Origin: a virus
Lineage: Duplodnaviria > Caudoviricetes
Direction: 5' to 3' (one strand)
IMG/VR virus record: IMGVR_UViG_3300030116_006124
Coordinates: 1 to 58,537 of that record
DNA length: 58,537 bases
Positions 1 to 9,239 of this stretch are shown here, in pieces; within the stretch, counting starts at the first letter, position 1; each line of letters begins with the position of its first letter. The notes under the pieces were generated by a model. That model ran no database searches. It worked only from the letters and a program-made list of their open reading frames with translations, and was not told the DNA's origin. The position numbers and the translations under genes were made by a program.

Positions 1-100
1 TGCATAAAGGCAGCAAACATATCAGGAGATATAGGAATTTTTTTAAACTCCCAAACTAGTCTCATATATCCAGATTGAGTCTTACTAATCCATGTAGGAA
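1..100. repeat. Terminal direct repeat (assembly overlap), left copy; genome is circular/circularly permuted
   Basis: 1-100 is identical to 58438-58537 except position 99 (A vs G). Confidence 0.95.
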
Positions 101-395
101 GTAGTCCTTTGCATTGAGTTTGTATTATTCTCTCAACAATATCCCAATCAACAGGAGCGTCATAATCGGCAACGATACCTGATATAGCGTTTGGTGGATT
201 GTCAGACTGTATTCTTAGTGACGGATTGTCTCCTTCAACAGTACTGTAAAAAACGTGGTCTGTTTTTTCATCAGCACACCACGCTCTAAATTTTGCTTTA
301 TCTGAGAATTTAGGTTTTTTCTTTTGTATAGATAGGGGATCTGTAAACTTATTGGCTTTTTTATCTTTTAAATTTTTTAAATAACGGTATTCCAT
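1..395 (-). CDS. N-terminal part of primase-helicase (AEP/primpol-like domain); continues across the contig junction into 56685-58537
   Basis: ATG at 395 reads MEYRYLKNL...GIVADYDAP...WISKTQSGYMRLVWEF, in frame with the 605-aa ORF; DxD motif typical of AEP primases; full protein about 715 aa. Confidence 0.8.
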   Translation of the reverse strand, partial: MEYRYLKNLKDKKANKFTDPLSIQKKKPKFSDKAKFRAWCADEKTDHVFYSTVEGDNPSLRIQSDNPPNAISGIVADYDAPVDWDIVERIIQTQCKGLLPTWISKTQSGYMRLVWEFKKIPISPDMFAAFM

Positions 396-396
396 A

Positions 397-2157
397 TTAC
401 TTTTCATATCGGGTTATAACTTTTCCTTCCGCTTCAAGAGGTATATCATCAATCCATTTAGGTGGGGTGCTCATAATCTCTATGATTCTTTCCAGTGTTT
501 GGTCTGCTTTATCTGCGTCTTCTTCCACTACAACCTCGTCATGTACGTGGAAAATTGTTTTTATACCTTCTTCTTCAATCCGTAAAAGCATATCTGAGAA
601 GATATCTCTAGCGAGAGCTTGAGAAGCATTCTCTGCAAGCAGCCCTCCCCACAACCTAACAGGAATCTTTTTTGGCCCTTTAGCTACCATCGCTACATAG
701 TTTCTTCTTTCGTTAAGAAGAGCTACTTTTATTTTACCATAGTTAATTGACCTACCCGAAGGCAGCGGAACTTTAAAATCTTTGAGACTAGAATAAGATA
801 CATGCAATCTTCTTTGAAGATCATTCCAAAGACCGACCACTTTATTCATTTTTGTTCTGTACATACCCACAGCTTTTTCAGCTTCAACTAAAGGGATACC
901 TGCAATCAAAGAGAACTTGTTGGCACTAGCTCCGTACCCACAACCTAACACGATGGTTTTAACAAGGTGACGGAGTTTGGGGTTTTCATCTTTTAACACT
1001 CCTTTAGAACTATCCCATTCCCCAAATCTGATAGCAAATGCTTCATAAATGTCATCACACGCTTGTATTTCTTTTAGAGTATCTTCATCTCCCGCCAACC
1101 AACATAGTGTTCTAACTTCTATCTGTGATAGGTCAACAGCTATTAATTTCTTATTTGGTTTAGAAGAAATTAGTTTACGTAGGTCTACACCAAACATCTC
1201 TCCTCGTGGCAAGTTCTGTAGATTTAAGTTCCCACCGCCACCAGAGAACCTACCCGTTGAAGCTCCCCAATACATGATGTTTCCATAATATCTTTGGTCA
1301 GCCATTGTAGCATAACTAAAGCTCTCAATCTTTCTCTTTAACGAGTTGATTCTTCTATAGTCTCTAACAGCACCAATCCATTTATATTTTTGCCCATGCT
1401 TTTTAATCCACGCATTAGCATCCTTATCAGTCATCGCTAAACTGACTGGAGGTTCGAGACCCATTTTACGACATTCGTTATTGAATGCTTTTCTTGAAAG
1501 TGTAGGAGCTTCACCTATCCAAGGTATAGAGTTCTCTGCCTCAAATAGATTTTTATTTATATTCTCTGTTTGTTTTTTGAGCTCGCTTGTATCGATAGGT
1601 ATGCCTCTTTGAGATATGGTTCTATTTAAACAACTGATGTTTCTCTCTGTTTCAGGCCACTGGCTCTCCAACTCTTGCCAAATTTTTAAACACAACTCAG
1701 AATCTTTGAGGGCGTATTCAGAAACTTCTTTCTTAAAATCTTTTGTCATGTTTTCCCACTGCTTCCCCAACATGTTATCCCGTGTTTCTTTTGAAACATC
1801 TAAATCAAATAATTCTGCAGAAGCATTTTTCAAGGCTCTTGGTAGTCCACAATATGCAGCTAAGTCTGCAGTACATAACCACTCAGCGTATTTAACAGAA
1901 GGCCACCATTCTTTTTCTACACCAAATAAATATAATGTTTGGTCAAAAGGAGCGTTATGACTTACCGCCCTATTGCCTTCAATAAGAGACCAGTCAAATT
2001 CTCTGGGATCTCCAACAAAGGATGTACCCTCATCCCCTACTACTGACACCATATATGCATCAAATAAAGGGTGGCTGAAATAGCCTATAGTACCTAATGT
2101 TTTTATTGAACATTCTTTGTCGTAGTATGTCTCAAAGTCTATTGCAAAAGTATTCAT
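397..2157 (-). CDS. polA: DNA polymerase family A with 3'-5' exonuclease
   Basis: ExoI IDFET, ExoII HNAPFD, TGRFS, NLQNLPR, motif A DLSQIEVR, motif B RHLVKTIVLGCGYG, motif C HVHDE; likely start MNTFAID at 2157 rather than 2211. Confidence 0.93.
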   Translation of the reverse strand: MNTFAIDFETYYDKECSIKTLGTIGYFSHPLFDAYMVSVVGDEGTSFVGDPREFDWSLIEGNRAVSHNAPFDQTLYLFGVEKEWWPSVKYAEWLCTADLAAYCGLPRALKNASAELFDLDVSKETRDNMLGKQWENMTKDFKKEVSEYALKDSELCLKIWQELESQWPETERNISCLNRTISQRGIPIDTSELKKQTENINKNLFEAENSIPWIGEAPTLSRKAFNNECRKMGLEPPVSLAMTDKDANAWIKKHGQKYKWIGAVRDYRRINSLKRKIESFSYATMADQRYYGNIMYWGASTGRFSGGGGNLNLQNLPRGEMFGVDLRKLISSKPNKKLIAVDLSQIEVRTLCWLAGDEDTLKEIQACDDIYEAFAIRFGEWDSSKGVLKDENPKLRHLVKTIVLGCGYGASANKFSLIAGIPLVEAEKAVGMYRTKMNKVVGLWNDLQRRLHVSYSSLKDFKVPLPSGRSINYGKIKVALLNERRNYVAMVAKGPKKIPVRLWGGLLAENASQALARDIFSDMLLRIEEEGIKTIFHVHDEVVVEEDADKADQTLERIIEIMSTPPKWIDDIPLEAEGKVITRYEK

Positions 2158-2175
2158 AATTATTTTTGTAGATAA

Positions 2176-2224
2176 ACTCACCCGTACTACACGCCCCCAT
2201 AGCATGATCATCGCACGGGTGAGT
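2176..2224 (-). promoter_or_regulatory. Stem-loop immediately upstream of the polA start
   Basis: ACTCACCCGT (2176-2185) / ACGGGTGAGT (2215-2224) perfect 10-bp inverted repeat. Confidence 0.55.
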
Positions 2225-2252
2225 CCCCTCTATGAACAGTAAGCAGACGTGC

Positions 2253-2486
2253 TTACTGAGATTCTTCGGTTTCGTCCTCAACTAAAAAATCTAGCAGGAC
2301 TTGTTCAGGGTCATTACCTTTGCTTTTAAGCATTTTAACGTACCAGTTGAATCCAATAATCAGTTGCTGAAGCCTCTCTTTTTGATGTTGCAGCTCTTCA
2401 ATCTTGATTCCAATATCTTCAATTAGTTTCTCAACTTGATCGTGCTCACTTTGAACAATATCTATAACTTCTTTATTTGTTTTCAT
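2253..2486 (-). CDS. Small coiled-coil hypothetical protein
   Basis: ORF 2253-2561; probable start MKTNKE just after the upstream stop. Confidence 0.55.
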   Translation of the reverse strand: MKTNKEVIDIVQSEHDQVEKLIEDIGIKIEELQHQKERLQQLIIGFNWYVKMLKSKGNDPEQVLLDFLVEDETEESQ

Positions 2487-2487
2487 A

Positions 2488-3126
2488 TTATCCAAGTCTT
2501 GCTGCGAATGTTTGAGATTCTTCAGGAGTTCCTTCTGTAGTTGGTGTAATACTTGGTACAAACCAACTATTCATCCCTCTAGTAAGGAGTTCTGTTTTAA
2601 ACTTCCAATATTTTGAGCAAAGAGGAGCTTCTGGATTGAATGCTTGAAATGTAGCTAGTCTTTCAAGTGTGTGCTTGTAAGCATCTTTAGCAACATTAAT
2701 TTTACCCATAGCGTAGAACTCGTCTCCTATTGGATACGGGTAAGCATCATCATCTCCATCATCAGTTTTTGGAAACAAGAACATAATTTCAGCAAACTTA
2801 ACAATAGGCCAATCAGAGTTGGCTGCTAACTCTTCTGCAGCATCTTGATTAAATACCTGACGAGGCATTTCAGCATGTCCATACGGAGTGTCTTCTCTCC
2901 AACCTTTAATAGCTTTAAGTGGAATACACTTACACTCTTGTTCGTGTTCGATAAGGGTATATAGTTTATCAACTACTAAACTCCCTGTCTCTCCCGCTAT
3001 TTTTGAAGATGCTTGAACTACATTTAGTCTTGGTGCATTTAAATCATCAGCACTGTATTCTAGTTTAGGGGCATCTGTTATTACTTTTAGTGTTTCTTCT
3101 TGTGTTTTTGCTAGTGTTTTACTCAT
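2488..3126 (-). CDS. Putative single-stranded DNA-binding protein
   Basis: 212 aa between nuclease and polA; PRLNVVQ and SWFVP motifs resemble phage SSB-like families; positional inference. Confidence 0.5.
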   Translation of the reverse strand: MSKTLAKTQEETLKVITDAPKLEYSADDLNAPRLNVVQASSKIAGETGSLVVDKLYTLIEHEQECKCIPLKAIKGWREDTPYGHAEMPRQVFNQDAAEELAANSDWPIVKFAEIMFLFPKTDDGDDDAYPYPIGDEFYAMGKINVAKDAYKHTLERLATFQAFNPEAPLCSKYWKFKTELLTRGMNSWFVPSITPTTEGTPEESQTFAARLG

Positions 3127-3164
3127 TTATATTTTTATGTTTTATATTTATATGTTTTAGGTTT

Positions 3165-4283
3165 TCATGACAGCGTGAAACGCTCATCAGAAGTGGCTAT
3201 AATGTCGAGATCTTGAGCAGCGTCAAGAAATTCTTTCGACTTTTGTTTTTTCTCCCCGTCAGGCGCAGTGTCTCCTATAGCTTTTGCTAACTTTGTTAGT
3301 GGGACACTAGCTATATCTAAAACCTGCTCTGGTTCGAGGTCAAATTCTTCAGCTAATTTAGCTAATTTTATATTGTTTGTACATTTTTTTGGGGCTCCCA
3401 TAGATTTAAGTCTTAGCGTGGGAAACTCCACACCTTCTTTTGCCATAGCCATAGCTTTAGCTTTTATTCTTGTAGCCCAATTTGTAACTATCTTCGAAAC
3501 AACATATAAGTGTTCTACTGTTTTTGGATCGTCTGGATCAGATATATCTCCTCTAGGTAATGCATCGTCAGCAACACGAGAAGCAACTTCAACAGCTAGA
3601 CCACCTAATGCAGGGCATACATCTTCATGAGCACAGAATCTACAGTTAACTGTAGGGTTCAATTCATACAGATCAGGAGCACCATCGTCCCATTGAGGTC
3701 TTATCTTTTCTCCTCTCTTAATTATTTTACTAAGTTTCTTTATAAGTTCTGGTAGCTCATCTCTTGTGAAAATACCTGTTAATGTTTGAGCTCTTACAGG
3801 GATAAAGAACACAAAGTCAATTTCATTAACCTCTTCATGTGCTTGAAAAGCACCCACTGTGTAAGCCATTGCTTGCCAGTTTTCTCTTGGTTCATCAATC
3901 TGACTGATACCAGTCTTGTAATCAATCATAACCGCCTTATCTCCTAACTTAACAAACTTATCACAAGTCCCCCAAGTCTCCGTCCCATCCAGTTTTATAT
4001 CTACCTGAATCTCGTTATATTCTTTGTATGATGCTCCGTTAGCAAAACTATTTAGGTATGCCTCCTCGTCGGCTACTATAGCTTCATATATGTTAACCTC
4101 TTCTTCGTCGTGTAAAGCGGAAGGGTCTTTGATTTCGAGAGCTTCGTGTATTCTAGTCCCTTTTTCCGCTGCTGCATTTGTTCCTGATCTACCTACGAAT
4201 CCTGAACAACCCGCTACGTATTTTAAACTTGAGGGACTAAATTCTGCGTGTCCTCTGTTTGAATGATCTGGTTTATCTTCCAT
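3165..4283 (-). CDS. Cas4-like / DUF2800-like PD-(D/E)XK exonuclease
   Basis: HAEFSPSS, GTRIHE, WGTCD, IDYKTG, QAMAY and C-terminal CRFC...CP cysteine cluster. Confidence 0.8.
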   Translation of the reverse strand: MEDKPDHSNRGHAEFSPSSLKYVAGCSGFVGRSGTNAAAEKGTRIHEALEIKDPSALHDEEEVNIYEAIVADEEAYLNSFANGASYKEYNEIQVDIKLDGTETWGTCDKFVKLGDKAVMIDYKTGISQIDEPRENWQAMAYTVGAFQAHEEVNEIDFVFFIPVRAQTLTGIFTRDELPELIKKLSKIIKRGEKIRPQWDDGAPDLYELNPTVNCRFCAHEDVCPALGGLAVEVASRVADDALPRGDISDPDDPKTVEHLYVVSKIVTNWATRIKAKAMAMAKEGVEFPTLRLKSMGAPKKCTNNIKLAKLAEEFDLEPEQVLDIASVPLTKLAKAIGDTAPDGEKKQKSKEFLDAAQDLDIIATSDERFTLS

Positions 4284-5568
4284 GTAGTGTTTCTAGGTTT
4301 TCTAGTTTTCTGTTTACTGATTGAATGACATTTTCTTCTATAGTGTCTACAGCCACTAATATTTTCTGTAGAGCATCTGACTTCGCCCCGTTTCTGTGAA
4401 TCCTCCCTAATGTTTGGGCGAACTCCTTTGCGGAGTAGGATGGACATATTAAACTAACTCTCGGTCTTTTACCATTAATATCGTGTAATGAAAGACCTGT
4501 ACCTCCTGCACTAATATTTACAACTATTAGTTCTTCCACATCATCTTGAAAATCATCAATTATTTGCTGTCTTTCTTTTAGGCTCTGACCACCTTCAATA
4601 GACTTACAATTTAGCTGAGAACACAGAGCTTTGACAGAGTCTTTGAAGTTTACAAATATAACAACAGAGTTTCCTTCATCTCTAAGATCATTAGCCATGC
4701 TTGCAATATCAGGCACTTTCAGTGCTTCAGTAAGCTGACGGGCTCTCAAAATATTAACGAGGACATACTCACTATCTCCGACAGTACCTTCTTCAATATA
4801 TCGTGTAACAATCTCAGGAGTAATTTCTAAGTCTCTATATATTTTTTGTATACCTTTTTTATCTGAGAATTCGACATTCTCAACAAACACTCTGTTGTTT
4901 CTAAAACTGTCAGGAAAATCTTCCACAGTCAGTTTGTGTCCAGTTACTCCGTAGATGTTTTCTCTTAGTGTATTTAGTTTTTTTCTACTAATTAATCTCC
5001 ACTGTTTCCATTGATCAGGGGAGCATCCATTTTCTTGCATCCACCTGTACCAGTTGTGTAAACCATTTTCAGTCTTGTTGAGGTTATGCAAACCTAACAT
5101 AAAACCTAACGCTCTCATCTCTGTAGGGTCTTCTGCAGCAGTCGCTGACATGCCATGTACACGATAACCTTGTTGAACTAAACTGATAACCAGTTGAGCA
5201 TTTTGCGTGAAAGCTCCTTTGCATTTATGGATCTCATCTACCAGAACTAAACACCCATCAGGCAGTTGCCATTGCATTATTTTTTTACCTCTCTTTACCA
5301 TATAAGGAGCACGTCCTCTTCTTATGTTTTCGTAATTTAAGATAAACAAAGGTCTGATACCTGTCTCATTTAATTCTCTTTCCCATGAGGGTATGACTGC
5401 TTTAGGACAAATGACAGCTACAGGAACTCCTAATCCTTTAGCTAGATGAGCCGCAACTACTGTCTTACCAGTACCAACAGAACTTGTATCGATAGTGTTG
5501 ATTCTATCTCTTTGCCGTGACAGAAAAAAGTCACACGCTTCTTTTTGTTTTTTAAATAAGGTCTTCAT
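4273..5568 (-). CDS. Superfamily 2 (SNF2-like) helicase
   Basis: GTGKT Walker A, DEIH, SAT, GTGLSL, QTLGRIHR. Confidence 0.88.
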   Translation of the reverse strand: MKTLFKKQKEACDFFLSRQRDRINTIDTSSVGTGKTVVAAHLAKGLGVPVAVICPKAVIPSWERELNETGIRPLFILNYENIRRGRAPYMVKRGKKIMQWQLPDGCLVLVDEIHKCKGAFTQNAQLVISLVQQGYRVHGMSATAAEDPTEMRALGFMLGLHNLNKTENGLHNWYRWMQENGCSPDQWKQWRLISRKKLNTLRENIYGVTGHKLTVEDFPDSFRNNRVFVENVEFSDKKGIQKIYRDLEITPEIVTRYIEEGTVGDSEYVLVNILRARQLTEALKVPDIASMANDLRDEGNSVVIFVNFKDSVKALCSQLNCKSIEGGQSLKERQQIIDDFQDDVEELIVVNISAGGTGLSLHDINGKRPRVSLICPSYSAKEFAQTLGRIHRNGAKSDALQKILVAVDTIEENVIQSVNRKLENLETLHGR

Positions 5569-5643
5569 TATTTTTCATTATTACACTACTCACAAATATG
5601 TGTCTAGAGAAAAAAATTGAAAATATAATTACCCTATAAAACA

Positions 5644-5681
5644 AGGGTGAGGATGTAAAAATAGCAAAACACCCTCACCCT
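5644..5681 (-). promoter_or_regulatory. Intergenic stem-loop
   Basis: AGGGTGAGG (5644-5652) / CCTCACCCT (5673-5681). Confidence 0.5.
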
Positions 5682-5756
5682 CTAATTAGATATAAACCAA
5701 GAAAAATACCTAACTTATTTTAATATAAACAATTTTAGTTAGGATTCTATATAATT

Positions 5757-6263
5757 TTATACGCTGTTATCGTAGTTATGTTTGTCTTTTATGTAACGAG
5801 CAATGAGAAATGCGTCAACCATCCCGTCGTGCGCTTTACTAGCACGTTTACTTTTTTGCCAACACTCGTCAGGAGCTAGGCATTCTGCTTTCCATAGGGC
5901 TGCTTCTTTTGTTTGTCCTTTAGGGATATTACCTAACATTTTCTTTTGCCACTTGTGTACTGAAACACAACAGTGATTCCATTGTCTACTCTCACATAAC
6001 CCTACAATTTTTCCAAAAGAGATACCCATTGATCGTACAGCTTGAGAAGACTTTGCATGCTTCAATGGTTCTTCAACAGCGACTAAGAAATCATCTGCAC
6101 ATTGTCCAAGGCTCATTATCCAATCATACAACTTACGTGTATCTACTTCTCGTTTACCTGCTCGGTGTTGAGTAGGCATTATTGTTTTATCAATTAAAGC
6201 TCCAGTAGTTTTAGATATGGCAGCGAGACCACCGTCTAAGCCATTATCTATTCCTATGATCAT
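5757..6263 (-). CDS. RuvC-like Holliday junction resolvase
   Basis: IIGIDNG, central VEE, W+K and C-terminal DGMVDAFLIA catalytic pattern. Confidence 0.8.
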   Translation of the reverse strand: MIIGIDNGLDGGLAAISKTTGALIDKTIMPTQHRAGKREVDTRKLYDWIMSLGQCADDFLVAVEEPLKHAKSSQAVRSMGISFGKIVGLCESRQWNHCCVSVHKWQKKMLGNIPKGQTKEAALWKAECLAPDECWQKSKRASKAHDGMVDAFLIARYIKDKHNYDNSV

Positions 6264-6499
6264 AACCCTTGTAATGCTTTCCTACTTAGTAATAGTCCTT
6301 CGCCTTCTGCAGGTATAAAAACGTCCATGTTTTTTGTGAGTAGCTGTATGTAGAAAACTTCTTTTGCCGTTTTTGGAATTACTAGATAGTAAGTTCCTAA
6401 AAGAACATCAGTCCTAAAAGTAAAGTCATTAGGAGGTAGTTCTATTTTTTTAACAATAGAAGGGTGCTCTATTGCTTTCCTGTCGGCAAACATTTTCAT
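6260..6499 (-). CDS. Hypothetical protein
   Basis: 79-aa ORF translationally coupled to its neighbours. Confidence 0.55.
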   Translation of the reverse strand: MKMFADRKAIEHPSIVKKIELPPNDFTFRTDVLLGTYYLVIPKTAKEVFYIQLLTKNMDVFIPAEGEGLLLSRKALQGL

Positions 6500-6762
6500 T
6501 AAGATCTATCTTCTAAAAAACATGGGGTAGCGTGTCCAAAATCATTTTGTAAATATTCATATTCCAATCTGTCATTTGCTTCCTTTACAGATAACTTAAA
6601 CTGTTTTGTTAGTATTGAAATCGTAATCTCTTTTGAATAGCATGCTATGGGCGGGCTACCGTATCTATCTACGGTTCCTATAAATGCGTCCTCCAGTCCC
6701 GAATATAATAATAGAGTGGACTCCGCATCTTCTTCAGTTATTTGGTTCTTCTGGTTCGACAT
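6499..6762 (-). CDS. Hypothetical phage protein, paralog of 56402-56683
   Basis: GLEDAFIG...ACYSKE...EYEY...TPCF pattern shared with 56402-56683. Confidence 0.6.
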   Translation of the reverse strand: MSNQKNQITEEDAESTLLLYSGLEDAFIGTVDRYGSPPIACYSKEITISILTKQFKLSVKEANDRLEYEYLQNDFGHATPCFLEDRS

Positions 6763-7363
6763 CGATTATATCATCTTGGTTTATATTAACAGCACCCTTA
6801 CCTTTATCAGCACGAGCATTATTTAAAATACTAATATCGATTTGCATTTTACCTACGCCACCACCTTTCTTGTCATTAAGGCCAAGGTTCCTCCTAATAA
6901 TCTGATCTAATTGATCGAGCTCTCTTATTGTTCTTGGGCCTCTCAGATTGTCCATATAGTCTCTTAGTAGACGCATACCTGACGCAGCTACATAGGACTG
7001 ATACTTTTCTGCAGGAGAACTTTGAGCTTCCGCTATTTCTAAAATTTCTTTTTCTTCTGTTTCACGAGCCTCACGTTTAGCAATGTTAATTGCTTCTTTA
7101 GTTTTTTTACTAAGGTCGTCTTCTAATGCTTTTTGAAGTGGATCTTGATCCTCTTGTTTTTCTTTTTCTGATTTAGGATTAGATCCATACGAATCGTTTT
7201 TAGGCCCATAGCCAGCACGACGTAGCCATCTCCGTAGAGTTGCTGTGGATATTCCTAATTCATCAGCTATATTAACAAGTTTATAATCTTGTTTATATAG
7301 TTGTAGAGCACGTTGAACATCTCCACGCTTTAAGAATTCTGCATCATTTTGTTTCTTTCGCAA
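6734..7363 (-). CDS. Putative terminase small subunit (N-terminal HTH)
   Basis: HTH IADELGISTATLRRW, helical middle and DIIDVEPE tail; adjacent (divergent) to TerL. Confidence 0.55.
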   Translation of the reverse strand: MRKKQNDAEFLKRGDVQRALQLYKQDYKLVNIADELGISTATLRRWLRRAGYGPKNDSYGSNPKSEKEKQEDQDPLQKALEDDLSKKTKEAINIAKREARETEEKEILEIAEAQSSPAEKYQSYVAASGMRLLRDYMDNLRGPRTIRELDQLDQIIRRNLGLNDKKGGGVGKMQIDISILNNARADKGKGAVNINQDDIIDVEPEEPNN

Positions 7364-7370
7364 ACCAATT

Positions 7371-7399
7371 AACTTATACTGTTATTTTATAAACAATTC
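7371..7399 (-). promoter_or_regulatory. Sigma70-like promoter for the leftward replication operon
   Basis: Minus strand TTGAAT-N17-TATAAG just upstream of the TTG start at 7363. Confidence 0.45.
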
Positions 7400-7406
7400 A
7401 AGTCAT

Positions 7407-9182
7407 ATGAACAAAGCTAAGAAGTCATACGAACCTCAAATTGACGCTAAAACTAAGAAGATGAACGTAGGAGGAATGCTTATTCCACCTACTAACACAA
7501 TAACAGCTTTGTTATATGGGTTAGGAAACCACGATTCTTATAGAGCAAAAGAATATTATTTTTGGAGATTATGTGATGAAATATGGAACAATCCTGAAAG
7601 ACCTGAACCTATGATGGTACGCCATCCTTGGGCAGAGGAAATGATTAGAGCGGTTATTCGTAACAAGTACATTGCTATAGGAGGAGCAGCAAATAGTGGT
7701 AAATCTCATACACTAGCTGCTTGGGGCATATTAAACTGGTTAGCTGCTCCAAGAGATACGCTAATACTTCTTACATCTACTACATTGCGAGAGGCTCGTA
7801 AAAGAATATGGGGTTCAGTTGTTTCTTTATTAATGGTTATTGAAGGAGCTCCTATTCGTATACGAGATAGTATTGGTAACGCAGCATACGTAACAGAAAA
7901 AGGTAACTTGATTGAACGTGCAGGTTTATCTTTGATTGCAGCAGAAAAATCTAAGACAAAAGAAGCAATAGGTAAGTTCATTGGTATCAAACAGAAAAGA
8001 GTAATATTGATTGCGGATGAGCTTTCAGAAATATCAGAGGCTATTATACAGGCTGGTCTAAGTAACTTATCGAAGAACGAACGCTTTGAGTTAGTAGGAC
8101 TGAGTAACCCCAACTCTAGATTTGATGCTTTCGGTGTTTGGTCTACACCACAACACGGATGGGATAGTGTTGATACAAATACGGACTACCAATGGAGAAC
8201 TAAATGGGGCGGTGAGTATATAAGGTTTGATGCCGAACGCAGCCCTAACGTGATAGCCGATGAAGTCATATATCCTTGGTTACCAACAACGGACAAGCTA
8301 AACGAAGATAAAGCATTATTAGGTCAGGAATCACGAGGGTACTACAGGATGTGCCGTGCTGTATTTTTTGATGGAGGTGAAGAAGATACCATATACAACG
8401 AGGCTGAATTATCCCGTAGTGGGGCTATGAGCAAAGTGCAATGGAAAGGCAAACCTATACCTATCGCAGGATTAGACCCTGCATTTACCAACGGGGGCGA
8501 CCGATGCATCCTGTACACGGGCCACGTTGGGTACGACACGAATGGTCAGTATGTCTGCGAGTTGGGCGAAGCAATCCATTTGAATGACGATGCCACCAAC
8601 AAAGCGGTTCCAAGGACTTACCAGATTGTTCGTCAGGTGAAGCAGGAGTGTCAAAAAAGAAAGATAAAACCGATGGATATTGCAGTAGACGCAACGGGGG
8701 CAGGTGCTCCATTTTGTGACGTATTAGCTGGAGAATGGAGCGACGAGATTTTGCGGGTTTCTTTTGGTGGGAAGGCATCTGAACGTAAAGTATCTGCTAA
8801 TTCTAAGTTAATTGGTAGTGAATTATACGTTAATAGAGTAACAGAACTATGGTTTGTTGGCAAAGAACTTTGTAGAACAAAACAAATATTTGGGATAAAT
8901 GGGGATTTAGCACAGGAAATAACAGGTAGAAACTACGATATGGTCAAAGGAGCAACCCTACGAATGAAGATAGAAAGCAAAATTGAATATAAAGCAAGGC
9001 TCGGAAAGTCCCCTGACTTGGCTGATGCTGCCTTTCTCTGTTTAGATTTAGCTCGACAACGGCACGGATTAGTCGCAGTTGAGCCTTTAGAAACAGGGAA
9101 AACAAGCAGTAAACCTTATCAAAGAAGATCGATCAAAGGTTTATCCAATATGCTTTCTTCACAAACTCTACAAGGAACATAG
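7407..9182 (+). CDS. terL: Terminase large subunit
   Basis: Walker A GAANSGKS, Walker B LIADE, SNP coupling motif, RNase H-like GLDPAF...DATGAG...SPDLADA. Confidence 0.9.
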   Translation: MNKAKKSYEPQIDAKTKKMNVGGMLIPPTNTITALLYGLGNHDSYRAKEYYFWRLCDEIWNNPERPEPMMVRHPWAEEMIRAVIRNKYIAIGGAANSGKSHTLAAWGILNWLAAPRDTLILLTSTTLREARKRIWGSVVSLLMVIEGAPIRIRDSIGNAAYVTEKGNLIERAGLSLIAAEKSKTKEAIGKFIGIKQKRVILIADELSEISEAIIQAGLSNLSKNERFELVGLSNPNSRFDAFGVWSTPQHGWDSVDTNTDYQWRTKWGGEYIRFDAERSPNVIADEVIYPWLPTTDKLNEDKALLGQESRGYYRMCRAVFFDGGEEDTIYNEAELSRSGAMSKVQWKGKPIPIAGLDPAFTNGGDRCILYTGHVGYDTNGQYVCELGEAIHLNDDATNKAVPRTYQIVRQVKQECQKRKIKPMDIAVDATGAGAPFCDVLAGEWSDEILRVSFGGKASERKVSANSKLIGSELYVNRVTELWFVGKELCRTKQIFGINGDLAQEITGRNYDMVKGATLRMKIESKIEYKARLGKSPDLADAAFLCLDLARQRHGLVAVEPLETGKTSSKPYQRRSIKGLSNMLSSQTLQGT

Positions 9183-9187
9183 GCTTG

Positions 9188-9215
9188 TTGACTTTTCATA
9201 TAAAAAAACTAAATT
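9188..9215 (+). promoter_or_regulatory. Sigma70-like promoter
   Basis: TTGACT-N16-TAAATT upstream of 9240. Confidence 0.4.
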
Positions 9216-9239
9216 TATAGGTAATATCATTTATTTTTT

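Noticed and set aside
1-100. Biological direct terminal repeat
   Set aside because: Exactly 100 bp and in the middle of an essential gene, typical of an assembler overlap.
397-2157. DpoZ / Z-genome or other base-modification system
   Set aside because: No purZ, dATPase or other nucleotide-modification genes are recognisable.
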